Source: Gordius albopunctatus
Taxonomy: Eukaryota
Assembly (NCBI GenBank): GCA_964276515.1
Contig: OZ193909.1
Span: 14,074,001 to 14,138,000, forward strand
Direction of reading: 5' to 3'
Length of the DNA stretch: 64,000 bases
Positions 36,998 through 51,000 of the stretch are shown here, one piece after another (within the stretch, counting starts at the first letter, position 1; every line of letters starts with the position of its first letter). Made by a program: the position numbers and the translations under genes. Under the pieces are notes generated by a model. The model saw nothing but the letters and a program-made list of their open reading frames with translations. It was not told where the DNA came from and did not search any database.

Positions 36998-38670
36998 TTA
37001 ATTGCTATGCAATTTATGGGCTCGTTTTTGGTTGTCCGTCCGTCCGTCCGTCCACCAAGTTATTTACACCAGCTTCCCGACCTGGAGGTTGCGGGTTCGA
37101 GACCCGGAGAGGACAAAATTTTTTTTTTTTAATTAAATTAATATTTTTTTCTTGTTAATACCATTGATAATATGACTTTTTGACCGTCCGCAGGCTACTG
37201 ACCAATGAAAAAATGACCACTGGCCAGATAAATCGAAATTTTTAATTTTTCGTTTTTGAATAGTTTAACATTGATAATTACCCTATGCCCTCCCCTACAA
37301 GGGCCTATGGCTCTATTTATATGGTTCCCTGTTCCCCTCCAAAGGCTTATGCCTCTATTTAATGTGGGTTTGAATCCCGGCGAACGTTCTAAATTGATGG
37401 TTCGAGACCCGGAGAGGACAAAAATTTTTATTTTTTTTTAAATTAAATTAATATATTGTTCTTGTTAATACCATTGATAATATGAATTTTTGACCGTCCG
37501 CAGGCTACTGACCAATGAAAAAATGACCACTGGCCAGATAAATCGAAATTTTTAATTTTTCGTTTTTGAATAGTTTAACATTGATAATTACCCTATGCCC
37601 TCCCCTACAAGGGCCTATGGCTCTATTTATATGGTTCCCTGTTCCCCTCCAAAGGCTTATGCCTCTATTTAATGTGGGTTCGAATCCCGGAGAGGGCAAA
37701 ATTTTTATTTTTTTAATTAATTTAATATTTTGTTCTTGTTAATACCTTTGATAATATGACTTTTTGACCGTCCGCTGGCTACTGACCAATGAAAAAATGA
37801 ACATTGGCCAAATAAATCCTAATTTTTCGTTTTTCCTTTTTGAATAAGTTAACATTGATAATTGAAAAAAATTACCATTGGACAAATAAATCAAAATTTT
37901 TTGTTCGTTTTTGAATAGGTTAACATTGATAATTACCCTATACTTTTTAATAATTGCTATGCAATTTATCTAGTTTTTGGGTTAGAATCCCGGAGTTTTT
38001 TTTGACTCTTATGATTGTTCTTGTTACTATCAATGATAATAAGACTTTTTGGCCGTCCGCTGGCTGCTGACCAATGAAAAAAATGACCATTGGCCAAAAT
38101 GTGTATCCGAGTTTATTTTTTCGTTTTTTTTGAATATTATGATTGTTCCTGTTCCTACCATTGCTATTATGACGTTTTGGCCGTCCGCTGGCTGCTGACC
38201 AATGGAATAAAATGACCATTGGCCAAAATGTGATTCGAAAATTTTTTTTTCGTTTTTTTTGATTGTTATGAATTTATATCCACTTTTACCGTGTCCTGGC
38301 TGCTGACCAATGGAAAAAAATGACCATTGGCCAAAATGTGAATCGAAATTATTTTTCCGTTTTTTTTGACTATTATGATTGTTCCTGTTCCTACCATTGC
38401 TATTATGACTTTTTGGTAATACAACTGTTTCCCGTAGAATTTAACTAACCATAAAGCTTCCCCTTCGCTCCCTCTCTCCCCCTTTATGATATTTGGCATA
38501 TACACTTATTTAGTGCTTCCAACCTTCGTTTTGCAATATTCACGTAAGTATTTCCATAAATTGCATAGCAAATATGATACATTTATACGGAGTGTAGATG
38601 AGTTCCCCCTTCCTTCCCCTTCCCCCTTCCCTCCCCTTCCCCCTTCCCACGAGGGCCGAAGGCCCGAGTT
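36998..38670 (+). mobile_element. DINE-1/HINE-like element
   Basis: Nearly identical to 5301-7677 but with fewer internal tandem units. Both subTIRs and the 3' hairpin are present. Confidence 0.8.
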
Positions 38671-39306
38671 TATATATATATGTCAAAAAATTAAGTCGAC
38701 AAGTTAATAAATTTTGAATTTCGGAATTTGTATTTTTGATTAAAAGCTTCCACCTGGGTGGTTGTTGATCTATCGGTTATATTTTCTTAGCCACTCTTAA
38801 ATAATACTTTTTTTATCATTCGCATCACTTTGTTATATATGGAAAAATTAAGACATAATTACGGTGGATAAATTTTAGCTTTAGCGCCATCTGTGCATAC
38901 TATAAAAAATTTTAAAAATATTTTAAAAAAAAGTAAAAAATTTACATAAGAAAATTTAAAACTTCCAAAACTTTTTTTTAAAAACTCAACTAATAAAACT
39001 GGCAACAAAATTAATGAGCTGCCATTATTATCACATGGCCATAGAAGCATATAATTTATTTGGGGACACGATCTTGAAAAAGTTATGTAATAACAATGTA
39101 CATTATAAGAACGTCCATATAAAAAATACAAATGTCACAGGTATGGGGGCGATGTGGGATCAAATAAGTCAGACAAATTATCATAAGTAAATTGGTTTGT
39201 CTTATTATATATACACTAAAAATAGTGGGTTCATAAAATCCATGACGTGATAAAATTCGTCCCCCATTTCAATATCAAAAATGTATAAGTCCAATATTTA
39301 TTTTTA

Positions 39307-40564
39307 GACTGCGGCAATTACAGAGGTATCAAGCTAACTTGCCACTCCTTGAAGCTTATGGAAAGAATCTTAGTAACAAGGCTGAAAAACGAGGTGGAAA
39401 TATCGGCTAATCAATTCGGATTCGTGGCGGGCAAATCCACAATCGACCCAATCTTCGCCCTAAGACAAATGATGGATAAGTATAGTGAAAAGAGGAAAGA
39501 CCTACATATGGTTTTTATCGACTTGGAGAAAGCTTATGACACGGTCCCCCGCGATTTAATATGGTGGTGCCTGAGGAAACAAAATATCCCTGACGCATAT
39601 ATACGGCTTATGAAAAATATCTATGAAGCCTCAAACTCTTGCGTTAGGACGACAGTTGGAGACTCTAAAACTTTTCGGGTTAATATTGGATTACATCAAG
39701 GCTCTGCTTTAAGTCCCTTTTTATTTAATATAATTATAGACACGATAACGAGGGACTTTCAAAAGTCATCGCCATGGTGTATGCTATATGCCGATGATAT
39801 AATACTATGCGAGGAAACAAGGGAGAAGGTATTCGAAGCAGAAAAGTGGTCAAAGCGCTTAGCTGGATATGGTTTAAAGGTCAACGATCGAAAAACGGTA
39901 TACATGGAAATGAACGGTACAAGCACCCCATCGCTGGATGACCACCTAAAGTACCCAAAAGTAGACAGGTTTAATTACCTCGGCTCTATGCTACATCAAG
40001 AGGGAGGTTGCGCAACTGAAATCAATGCCCGGATTCAAAAAGGATGGCTTAAATGGCGAAGTATATCTGGTGTAATGTGCGACAAGAAAATGCCAATATG
40101 GTTGAAGAGCAAAGCTTACAAATCCATCGTAAGACCGGTGTTACTCTTTGGAAGTGAGACATGGGCATTAAACACCACGGAAGGAAAGCTATTACAAGCC
40201 ACGGAGATGAGAATGATACGGTGGAGCTTGGGGTATACTAAGCTCGACCATATGACGAATGACTTTCTCATGACAAAAATGGGTATTCAACCTATGGCGG
40301 ACATGATTAACGAAAATCGGCTAAGGTGGTATGGGCATATACTAAGAAGGGACCCGGATGACGTAAATCGAAAAGTGCTAGACATGAAAATACCAGGGAA
40401 GAGAGGAAGAGGACGGCCTCGTGTCACGTGGAAAAGGCAAGTCGATAAAGTTATGGAAACTAAAGAGATTCGTCAAGACATGGCACTAAGCCGGTCAAGA
40501 TGGAAGAGACTTATCAAAACAAACCCCACCAATGTGGGACCAAATAACTGATAAAGAAGAAGAA
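39307..40564 (+). mobile_element. 5'-truncated RTE LINE, same family as 31739-34819
   Basis: ORF 39349-40551 is almost identical to the RT and C-terminus of the minus-strand copy. It ends in taaagaagaagaa. Confidence 0.95.
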
Positions 40565-40650
40565 TATTAAATTAATCCTATAAATAAATAATACATATTT
40601 CTACTTATATTCTAACTTTCCTGACGTCATTATTGTATATGATGCTATAA

Positions 40651-40997
40651 ACTAAACTGGCCGGGAAATGTCCGATATTTTTAAAACTAAAAGGAATTTT
40701 AGGATTCTGAAAAAACTATTTTACCCTTGGCCGTCCTGGGCATCTACGGCTAAATTTTCGCGCGAATCGGGCCGGTAGTTTCATAATTTAGTCCTTTTTT
40801 AAAACTAAATGTCCGATATTTTTAAAACTAAAAGGAATTTTAAGATTCTGAAAAAGCTAGTTTACCCCTGGCCGCCTTGGGCATCTACGGTTAAATTTTC
40901 GCGCGAATCGGGCCGGTAGTTTCAGAATTTAGCCCTTACATACATACACACATATATATATATAGATTTTACTTTATATTTACTTTATATATATAGA
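40651..40997 (-). mobile_element. Probable non-autonomous Helitron with a 141-bp internal tandem duplication
   Basis: Duplicated unit starts at 40666 and 40807. The aatcgg...ggtagttt and CATACA motifs resemble the 35538 Helitron. The minus-strand 5' end is ATCtatatatataaa; the 3' CTAG is degenerate. Confidence 0.5.
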
Positions 40998-42033
40998 TAG
41001 ATAGATATGATAGTGATCCTCATTTCTAATATCATTTCAAGTTAATATTAGGCTATTAACCGTTGAAATTGCATTTATTAAAAAAAAATTTGGGCTTTAT
41101 ATTATAATTAGAAGTTATATTCAAAAACAAATAATAATAATCTTCATATTTTTTCTTAATTAAGATAAAATAAAAAAATGGCTTACGGGGCCCAGGGGCC
41201 CAAGATTTTTTCCTTTGGGGGAGGGGCCATGGAGCCCGGTCTGTTAATTAACAAACTTTTATTCTTTACTTAAATAGGAATTTAATTCATTAGAGAATAA
41301 AATTTCTTAATCTTAAAAAACTATTAATTTTTGATGTTCACCTTAGGTAAAAATATAAAAAGATTCAGCAGCTTAGCGCCTAACAAAAAAATCCAATTTT
41401 CAACCATTGTAAAATTCGATATATCAAATCACAGCAATGTTATTGTTTGCTTTGCACCATTATTAATTTATAAGTCCCTATTATCACCTTTATTTCTCCG
41501 ACATACCCCTTTCAATATTATTTGCTATGATAATTTTCCTAATTTTTTTTTACCAAATAAAGATAGGCCTTACTTAGTCTTCCCTCGCGTTAAATATTGG
41601 CATTTTAAATAAAATCTTTTTACCCATAGAATTTGGCTTTATTTTCTTTTCGCGATTAGGCAATAATTGTAATTGTTACGCCTTCTTTCAAATTCCGTGT
41701 AAAATGCCCCCCCCCCCCCATATATTTATTAATCAAGTGGTGGGGGTCTATAAAAATGTCATTCGGAAATTGTGACATGTCGCGTTTTGTATTTCGCGTT
41801 CAAAAAAATTATTGAGCCTAAGGGTTTACTTGCCCTAACAAAGGGCTAACTTAGTACAACAATAATCACTACATTGAAGTCTACCTATCTTATTCGCCAA
41901 ATTTCTTCCACCCATCGCGACCAATTGTGCGAATGTTAAATGACCGTTTTAGTTCGTATTTAATATTGTCGTAAAAAGTTTAATTGAAATTTTATTCCTG
42001 AATATTGACAAAATACATAAAAAAATTTCTGTA

Positions 42034-45000
42034 ATGGGTTGTGGACAATCGAAAAGCAATCAATATCAAGTTGCACAGCCAGGTATTTTTCAATAATGAA
42101 TCGCTATAAATCAAACTTTTATATTAAAATTATGTTTTTCTCATAAATCCATAATAATGGCATTAATAAAAAAGCTATTAAAATTAAGTACCCCTTTGGA
42201 CACCAAAACTCTTTATAAATTATTAATATGATAATAAAAATAATTTTGAAACAAATAAAACAAAAACTGTTATTAATAGAAACAGAACAGATTATGTTTT
42301 GATTTAATAATACAAACAAGCACACATTTTAAGCTTTTTTTTTATCGATTTTTAATATAGGTGAGGGTTTTGTGACTTTAATTATTTTGCTAATCCTTAG
42401 AGGTAATCTATATAAGGCCGAAAGACTCTCACCCTTGTATTGATGACTTGCAAAAAATAAAGGGATTTTAAAAATAATTTTGAAGAACGGGATATATCAC
42501 TCAGTAATATTTTTAAAATAAAATCTTACCTTCAAAATATTAGTTTATTTACCTGAAATGTTATGCCTCCATCTTAACTTATTAACAGCTTGGCACCATT
42601 TTAATTGAATTCAACTTTTGATTTAATTAACCATTAACAAACCATATTTTGATAATATTTGGACCTTGGGCTGAGATAAACAAATTGCTAATGGAAACCG
42701 TAAAAGGTGGCATACAAATATATAAGCTTAAAGGGGCAAAAACTGAGGTCGTCTAAATTATCACCAAGGTGTGCATGGAAGTGCTCAACATTTATCGATT
42801 TTAAGCTAATGAGGCCACCCAATCAGGTCAAAATGCATCTCAACCTTCTCCCATTCTATAATCATAAAAAGAATTTTAATTAGTAGAGAAAATCTATTGA
42901 ACGGGAGGAAGATAAGCTACCTTTTAGCCTAAAAGTATCACAATATTTAGCTCTAAATACCGGTGTTAACACTTAGAATAGAAGCAGGGTAGCAGGGATT
43001 TATATTAAGAGGGAGGGCAGGCAAGAAAAAATGAACTGTAGGGGACAAAATGATGCTTTTTTAATTTATAGGCATAATATCGTATAAACGAATTATAAAT
43101 TTTTTTTTTTGGGGGGGGGAGGGTTGGGTGTAGGAGTGGGCGGACTAACTGCCCCGTCGCTCATACTTAGAGGTAACGATGTATGGCCCTCAGGATTAAT
43201 CGTTATGCAGTTTAAATATTGATTAAAATTGTAGAGGTAGCGAGTTTAAGAGACTCATTTATTATATTCATAAATATTTTTGCGTAAACTAAAGACTTAA
43301 AAAAGAATTTATTAAGGTAAAACTTTTGAAAAAATATATAACCATTGATTCGTGAAGCTAAGCGAACTAAAATAAATTACAATGTTTTAAATGCATTTTT
43401 TTGATCCCGCTCCTCCATTTTGGAAATTAAATTTAATTTTAAAGACTTTTGTAATATTTTCGTACATACACAATTATATTAATTTATAGCGAAAACTATT
43501 GTGGCAAAATTATGAATATGTTTTGATATAGGAGGTTGGATTTTGTTTAGTGTTAGGAGAGAGATAAATTTATTTTATTTAAAAATTTTTTGATTCCGAC
43601 ACGGTTGAATATTCACGCCATGGGCGTAGCCAAAGGGGGGGGCAGGGAGGGGCGGCTTCCCCCCTCTAAATTCAAAAAATTGTTAAAATTATGGCTAAAA
43701 TTTCAAAAAATGTTTATTTTGCCCCTCCCTAAATCATTTTTGCCCCCCCTCTAATCACAAAGCTGGCTACGCCCATGATTCACACAATCATATATCATTG
43801 TTAAGACATAATTGTAATGGCGAATGCGAAGTAACATTTAACGCTAATATTCTTTGAGGCAGGTTAGCAATAGGCAAACAAGAGAGTTCTGTAAATTTAT
43901 CAATTTGGTTGATATAAATAAAAATGTTTTTTAAATTAATAAAAATTAAATGCAGCCATAAATATTCCTTTTTATAATTGCACCCATTATTAATTCAGTC
44001 AAAATCATATGTTAACTTTATACATACCTAATGAACATAATTCTCACCAAATTAGCTTAACATATTCGTAGTTAATATAAATAGTTTCAAAATCTAACTT
44101 CAACGGCTCTTATTTTTTATGATGCTTTTAATTTCCATGAAGTAGTTACTTATCACGTGAGTCTTAAAATTTGTTTATATCAGGTGACCATGGAGTTCCT
44201 CCTAATGATATACCACCGCGAACAAAAACCGACAACCCGTAATAATATTAAAATCGTTTAAATGCTTTTTTCCAATTAAATATAATTAATTATTTAATTC
44301 CTACTTTTACATTAGCCCTCCGGATGGTGATGAAAAAGTGATAAGTCAAGATAAAAATGGTGATACGGTTAAGGAGGGGAATGTATTTTGCGGTGAGCCA
44401 CAGATAGAGGGGGACACCGGCTTGCTTCAAGTACATAGAGAGGAAATGAGGGCTTCTCGAAGAGGATTGAAACAGAGCGCCTCAACTCTTTCTAACGAAA
44501 ACCGTATTGGTGAATTAGTTAAGACTCCAATAATTGAAAACCCAGAAGATTTATTGAACCAAAAAAAACAACCTGAACATGAATTGACAAGTAAAGAAGA
44601 CTCTAGTGACAAAGGTGTCATAGTGGACGAGGTTGATATGAGTTTAAATAGTATCAAGGCTGAGCAATCCACGATACCAAAGCCCGCGACCTCTGAAGTT
44701 TTTAAAGAAGGCGCAATTGAAGAGAAATCGGGTCAACGCGATTTTATTACCGGAATTGAGACGGTTGCTGCCGTACAAGCTATAAATTCTGAAATTAGAC
44801 GAAAAGCTTCGCAAGAGTTAAATAACAGGGTTAATACCCACGAAGAAATGTTGGACGAAGAATTGGGCTTAGAAACTAATACTGACGGTAACATGCACAT
44901 GAAAACTGGTGGTGATAAAAACTTTCTTGATGTTGAAAGGACTTTCCAAACGCCTAGAGGTAGTGTAAGTATAAAACGCAATTCAGCGCGCAATTCGATT

Positions 45001-48000
45001 TTCATTGAAAGAGACGATGGAATTGAAAGAGAAATTATTGAGTAATTAAAAATTAAAATTATACTAATTTTAATGAGGTTTTAATATGTTTAACTTATTA
45101 TTTAACTTGTACACAACAGAATTACCAACAGTCCAAGCAAAAAATCGCAATTAGACACAAACTACGACAGACAATCAAAGTAACAACATTATTATTAATA
45201 CATAATATTGCAATAATTGATATTGGTAACAAGACAATTTCGAACGATTGCTTAATACTAGTCCATTGTCTTTGAGTGATACTTCTGCGCACGATGTTTA
45301 AGCCTATAACATAAAAAAGTTAAAAGAGACTTAGGAAAAAGTTATGTAGGTTTAAAATTTTAGGCTTTTATTTATTATCACTTTAATAATAAGTTTTTTA
45401 AAAACAACGAATTAACTGTTTCACTATACTACCTTATATTTTCTTTTTCGAATTGGTCATTGATCTTATTGAGAAGAGAAATCGTGAGCTCATAGTCATA
45501 TTTTTGTGCTTTCAACATGTCTACTTCTTCCTGTAAACTCTTTGATTTCGAATTTAACATAGTAATTGCAATGTAACGATCAAAAAGCACTTTATCCTTT
45601 ACCTCCTCTGATTTTAAAGCTTCGTTCAATCGGTGCCTAGTTTCATTAAGGGTGCTACTCTCATTCGATAAAATGCCCTCAAGTTCTTTTATTTTACCAT
45701 CTTTTGCATTTAAAATATTGTTCAATGCATTATACCTATTTTGAAGGTTTAGGTCATCATTGAATTTAGGGATATTATCATAATCTTTAATTCGAGATGC
45801 AAATTCATTAAATATTGTTTCTTGATGTTGAATAAATTTATTCATTAGGCTTATACCGGGTGAAGAGTCTTTAACTTTATATTTACCCTTTAATCTTTCA
45901 TGCTTGGCAATTATTTTCTTTATAGCCACTACTGTATAAAATTCTAAGCGTGAATTATCGAGGGTTTTTTCAATATCGCCTATGGTATTCTCGTTTAGCA
46001 TCAAATAAGTAATAAGATCGCGTACTTTCATAGTTAAACATTTTCTCGATTTTTCAAAAAATTCAGCAAGTTGATCTTTTGAGGTTGATTGGATACTTTT
46101 CTCCCTCCCTGATAAGCTTTGTATTGATGAATAACATGAAGACTTATTTATAAATGAACTACTAGCCGATAAGTTAGACAAGCTATTAGTCAAAGGTTCC
46201 ATCAAAGTTTGAATGTCATATGTTACAATTAGAATATAAAAAAGGCGTTCTAGTTTTATTAGGTATAAAACACAATTATCATTTAACATAGCTTATGTCA
46301 GATTTCACAGTAAATGTTATTTCTGTCTGAATAAATAATCGGTGTAATTTAATGTATCACCCTCCTTGTTTCCGTAAAACTATAAGACTAAATTATAATT
46401 TAATCTACTTATAACAATAGTAAAGTTCAGACCCCAAGGACAAAATTTACGTATCCACTCCCAGATGACGCCGATAACGTCTTAAGCAAGGTGCTAAACC
46501 CTAACCTATACTCCAAATATTGTGATTCAATGACTAAAAATGGGCATACTTTAGATTGCTGCATACAAACTGGTGTTGATTATCCGCATATCAAAGATCA
46601 AAGACTTCCATGTAAATTTTATTAACGCAATATAATTTTACAACTACCGCCTTTAAAATTTAGGTATACTGGCTTATGAAAGAGATTGTTACTACAAATT
46701 TTACGAAATTTTTGATGCCATAATAAAATGTTATCAGCCGAATTTCCAACCAAATTTGGATAATAAGCCCAATTTAAATCCTGCTCCCTTTAGTGCAATT
46801 GATGATTTAAACAGTGACAAATTTAGTAATACAAGGTTGTACGCTTACAGAAATATAAGCGGCTTTCAATTTTTGCCTGGCTGCACTAGGAAAGCCCGAC
46901 GCGAAATTGAAAGCATAATTACCCATGCTCTTAACAGGTTGGGCTCACCATATGAAGGTAATCAAATATTGGATTTAATTTCGTAGTTAATTTAAAAGGA
47001 GATGCATTTATATTGATTATGATTGTATGCTTATTATTTAGAAGGCATATTAATAATGGTTAATGCGCGGTTTAAATCTCAAATTAATTTTAAATAATAA
47101 AATCAACAAAGGTATATAATTGACTAAATCTTGTTTAATTACTAAATTTGCATTAGTTATATAGGTTTTATTATTTGAATCAAATGTTTGCAATAAATAA
47201 CAATATGCGAAGGCACATATTATTCGATGATGGGCCTAACAAATGAGAATGAAAATCTATTGGAGAGTTGCGATGTCCTCATAACACGACCATCATACGT
47301 GTATGACAAATGTCTCACATCAGCAGACTGGCCAGAATCGCGTGGTGTATGGCTAACCAACGACAAAACTATTGCTGTGTTAGTTAATGAACTGGAACAT
47401 CTTAAAGTCGTATCCCTTAAAGGAGGTACTGTTTAAAATTTAACTAAATTCCTTAGCAAGGATCATATAATTTTTTTATATAAAAGTCCGACAGGGCCTA
47501 AGTATATATAAATTCCCAAAAAAAGTTTTAAATTAGGATACATATAACAATTATGAATTAAAAAAACACTGAAATTTACACCCCTTATTTTCAATTCAGG
47601 TAGACATTTAAATGCAGCCTTACATTAATATTAATTAGTTAAATTGAAGGTTCATTTTAGAATGCCTAAAAAAGTTATGCACGGACAACCTATATTAGGT
47701 TTAATTAAACATTAAGTCGAAAATAAATAACATGGAGTTAAAAAATTAGGTTGAAATACTAATAAATGAGTACCTTAAGCTTAACTATAATCTCTACAAT
47801 TCGCAAAAATTAAATATTTGTTTTGCTAATATGGAAAAATAAAATTTATTATTGCTTCCTTACAAAGTACGCTGCTGAAGATCGGGTTTTTGGAATTAGA
47901 GACCTGCAACGGGCCTGTTTAGGTCAGTCAGCCCGGTCCGCTAATTAACTGCAAAGACCGGGCCCGGCCCGGGCCCGTAAAAATTAAAGGTGATAGACCC

Positions 48001-51000
48001 GGCCCGGCCCGCTAATTAATTGCAAGTCCCGAGTCCGACCCGGGCCCGTATACAAAATTTTTTAGTTTTCTAATTTCTGTTGGATTTTAATTTTTTATTA
48101 AAATAAATCAATATATCTATATATTACAAATATTAATAATAATCATGTAAAAATAATAAATCATCAATTATCTCGGGTCTCAAGCGATTTCTTCTTTCTT
48201 TAATCAATCGACCTGCAGTTGAAAAATTTCTTTCACTAGTGGCACTTGTGGCAGGAATACATAAAACTTTATATGCTAAATGAGATAGTTTTGGATACCT
48301 AATTTAAGGTTGAATTGATATTAATAACATTTACTTCGCTTCTTTGGCTTTCCACTATTTTATAAGATCAAAACATTCAGGATCTACATATTCTTCAAGA
48401 TATTGATTAAATTCATTTGTTGATGAAGGTATGCTTTCATTATCCTCCCATTCCGAAAATACGCATTTAGATTTTTTAGCTAAAATATTACTAAAATTTT
48501 GTCTTAAAATTTAAAATCTTACCTTGAGATGTCATTTTCTGTATTCTCGAAAGAACTAACTGATTGAGTAAAATCATCGCGATCTATAAGACTTTTTATT
48601 TCTTCATAAGTCTCCCTTTTCTCTTCCATTTTCATGTGTTTAAATTTGGGGTGAAGCGCCGTAGCCATTTTTTGCAAGGAATGGATGGTATTAATTGCTA
48701 TGCAATTTATGGGCTCGTTTTTGGTTGTCCGTCCGTCCGTCCGTCCGTCGTCCACCAAGTTATTTACACCAGCTTCCCGACCTGGAGGTTGCGGGTTCGA
48801 GACCCGGAGAGGACAAATTTTTTTTTATTTTTTTTTAAATTAAATTAATATTTTGTTCTTGTTAATACCATTGATAATATGACTTTTTGACCGTCCGCAG
48901 GCTACTGACCAATGAAAAAATGACCACTGGCCAGATAAATCGAAATTTTTAATTTTTCGTTTTTGAATAGTTTAACATTGATAATTGCCCTATGCCCTCC
49001 CCTACAAGGGCCTATGGCTCTATTTATATGGTTCCCTGTTCCCCTCCAAAGGCTTATGCCTCTATTTAATGTGGGTTTGAATCCCGGCGAAAGTTCTAAA
49101 TTGATGGTTCGAGACCCGGAGAGGACAAAAATTTTTATTTTTTTTAAAATTAAATTAATATATTGTTCTTGTTAATACCATTGATAATATGAATTTTTGA
49201 CCGTCCGCAGGCTACTGACCAATGAAAAAATGACCACTGGCCAGATAAATCGAAATTTTTAATTTTTCGTTTTTGAATAGTTTAACATTGATAATTACCC
49301 TATGCCCTCCCCTACAAGGGCCTATGGCTCTATTTATATGGTTCCCTGTTCCCCTCCAAAGGCTTATGCCTCTATTTAATGTGGGTTCGAATCCCGGAGA
49401 GGGCAAAATATTTATTTTTTTAATTAATTTAATATTTTGTTCTTGTTAATACCATTGATAATATGACTTTTTGACCGTCCGCTGGCTACTGACCAATGAA
49501 AAAATGAACATTGGCCAAATAAATCCTAATTTTTCGTTTTTCCTTTTTGAATAGGTTAACATTGATAATTACCCTATGCCCTCCCCTACAAGGGCCTATG
49601 CCTCTACTGATGTGATTCGAATCCCGGCGAGGGCAATTTTTTTTAATTAAATGGAAAATTTGTATTAATAATTAACTAATCATTTTGCATTTAATACCAT
49701 TCTATAGGCATTTCTGCCCCTTCCGACCTTTCTCGCCCATAAATTGCATAGCAAATATGCTTCGTTTATACGGAGTATAGATGAGTTTCGTTCCCCCTTC
49801 CCTTTCCTCCTTCCTCTCCCCCCTTCCCTTCCCCCTTCCCACGAGGGCCGAAGGCCCGAGTATTTTTTATTAATCAATTCTTTAATTTTATTTTTAATAT
49901 TTCTAATTTGATTGTCCGAAAATCCATCATTTTCCTTCATATTAATTAATTTCAATTTCCATAAAAATATATAAGGCATAGTGGATTTTGAGTCCGCCTT
50001 TAATTGTGTGCTTGCTTCTTTAAAAGGCCTCAATAACTCAATAGTGGATTTTAGCAAAGGTTTGTTTATATTAAACAACATAAAGGTTTAATTCCTTTTT
50101 GTTAAAATCTCTTCAACTTCATCTAACATATTATTAACACTTTCCAAAAGATTCAATTTAGAATTGTACCTAACAGCTACATCTTGATATAAAAGTACCG
50201 TGCTAGAGTTTTAGTGTCATTTATCATGTTCAAGACATCTGGAGCATTTTATTCCAAAAATAATTCATTAAAAGCCCCTTTAATGATATTATTTATCTGG
50301 TGAGCCTTACAGTCCAGTCGTCTATAATTTTGTAGAGCACTTACGATATTGGCCCTTGATCTGAAACAAATGTAATTTTAAAAATATAATTTAGAGAAAA
50401 TCCGAATGATGTTAATACTATTTTGCAACGGGCTTTTAGCGGGCCTCAGTTTAATCTAGGCCCGGCCCGAGCCCGTTAGGGAATTGAACGGCCCGTCCAG
50501 GCCCGGCCCGCTTATTTTTTTTAAACCTAAAGCCCGACCCGCGGGCCGGGCCGTGCAGGTCTCTATTCGGAATTATAATTTAAACATTATTGTTAAGATG
50601 CAATTTAAATTCGTTGGTTTTGAAATTTTTCTACTTGTCTAAGGGTAAATAGGAACTTGCTAAATTAAGAATAAAGATTGCCGGTAATCAGATTTGTCAA
50701 ACCTCGGTTAAAGTTAAAAAGAATTTACCTTGATCCGATTTTAATCATTATTCACCATGGTATGGATAATTTAAGTTTTTAAGCGATTTGGAGTTCCTTG
50801 TTGTAATTTTTAGTACGAATACTCTTCATACAAAAAAAGCGCAAAACAATTTTTATTTTTTTAATATTTATTTAGAGTTAAGGTTTCAGGATATGTTTCA
50901 GAACTTGTGCAACTTTTTGAAGCAGCTTGAAAATAGCCTACTGGAATTAGGGCATTGTTACGTGTGGAGCTTTTCTCGCGGTTTTATGGTATCAAATCCT

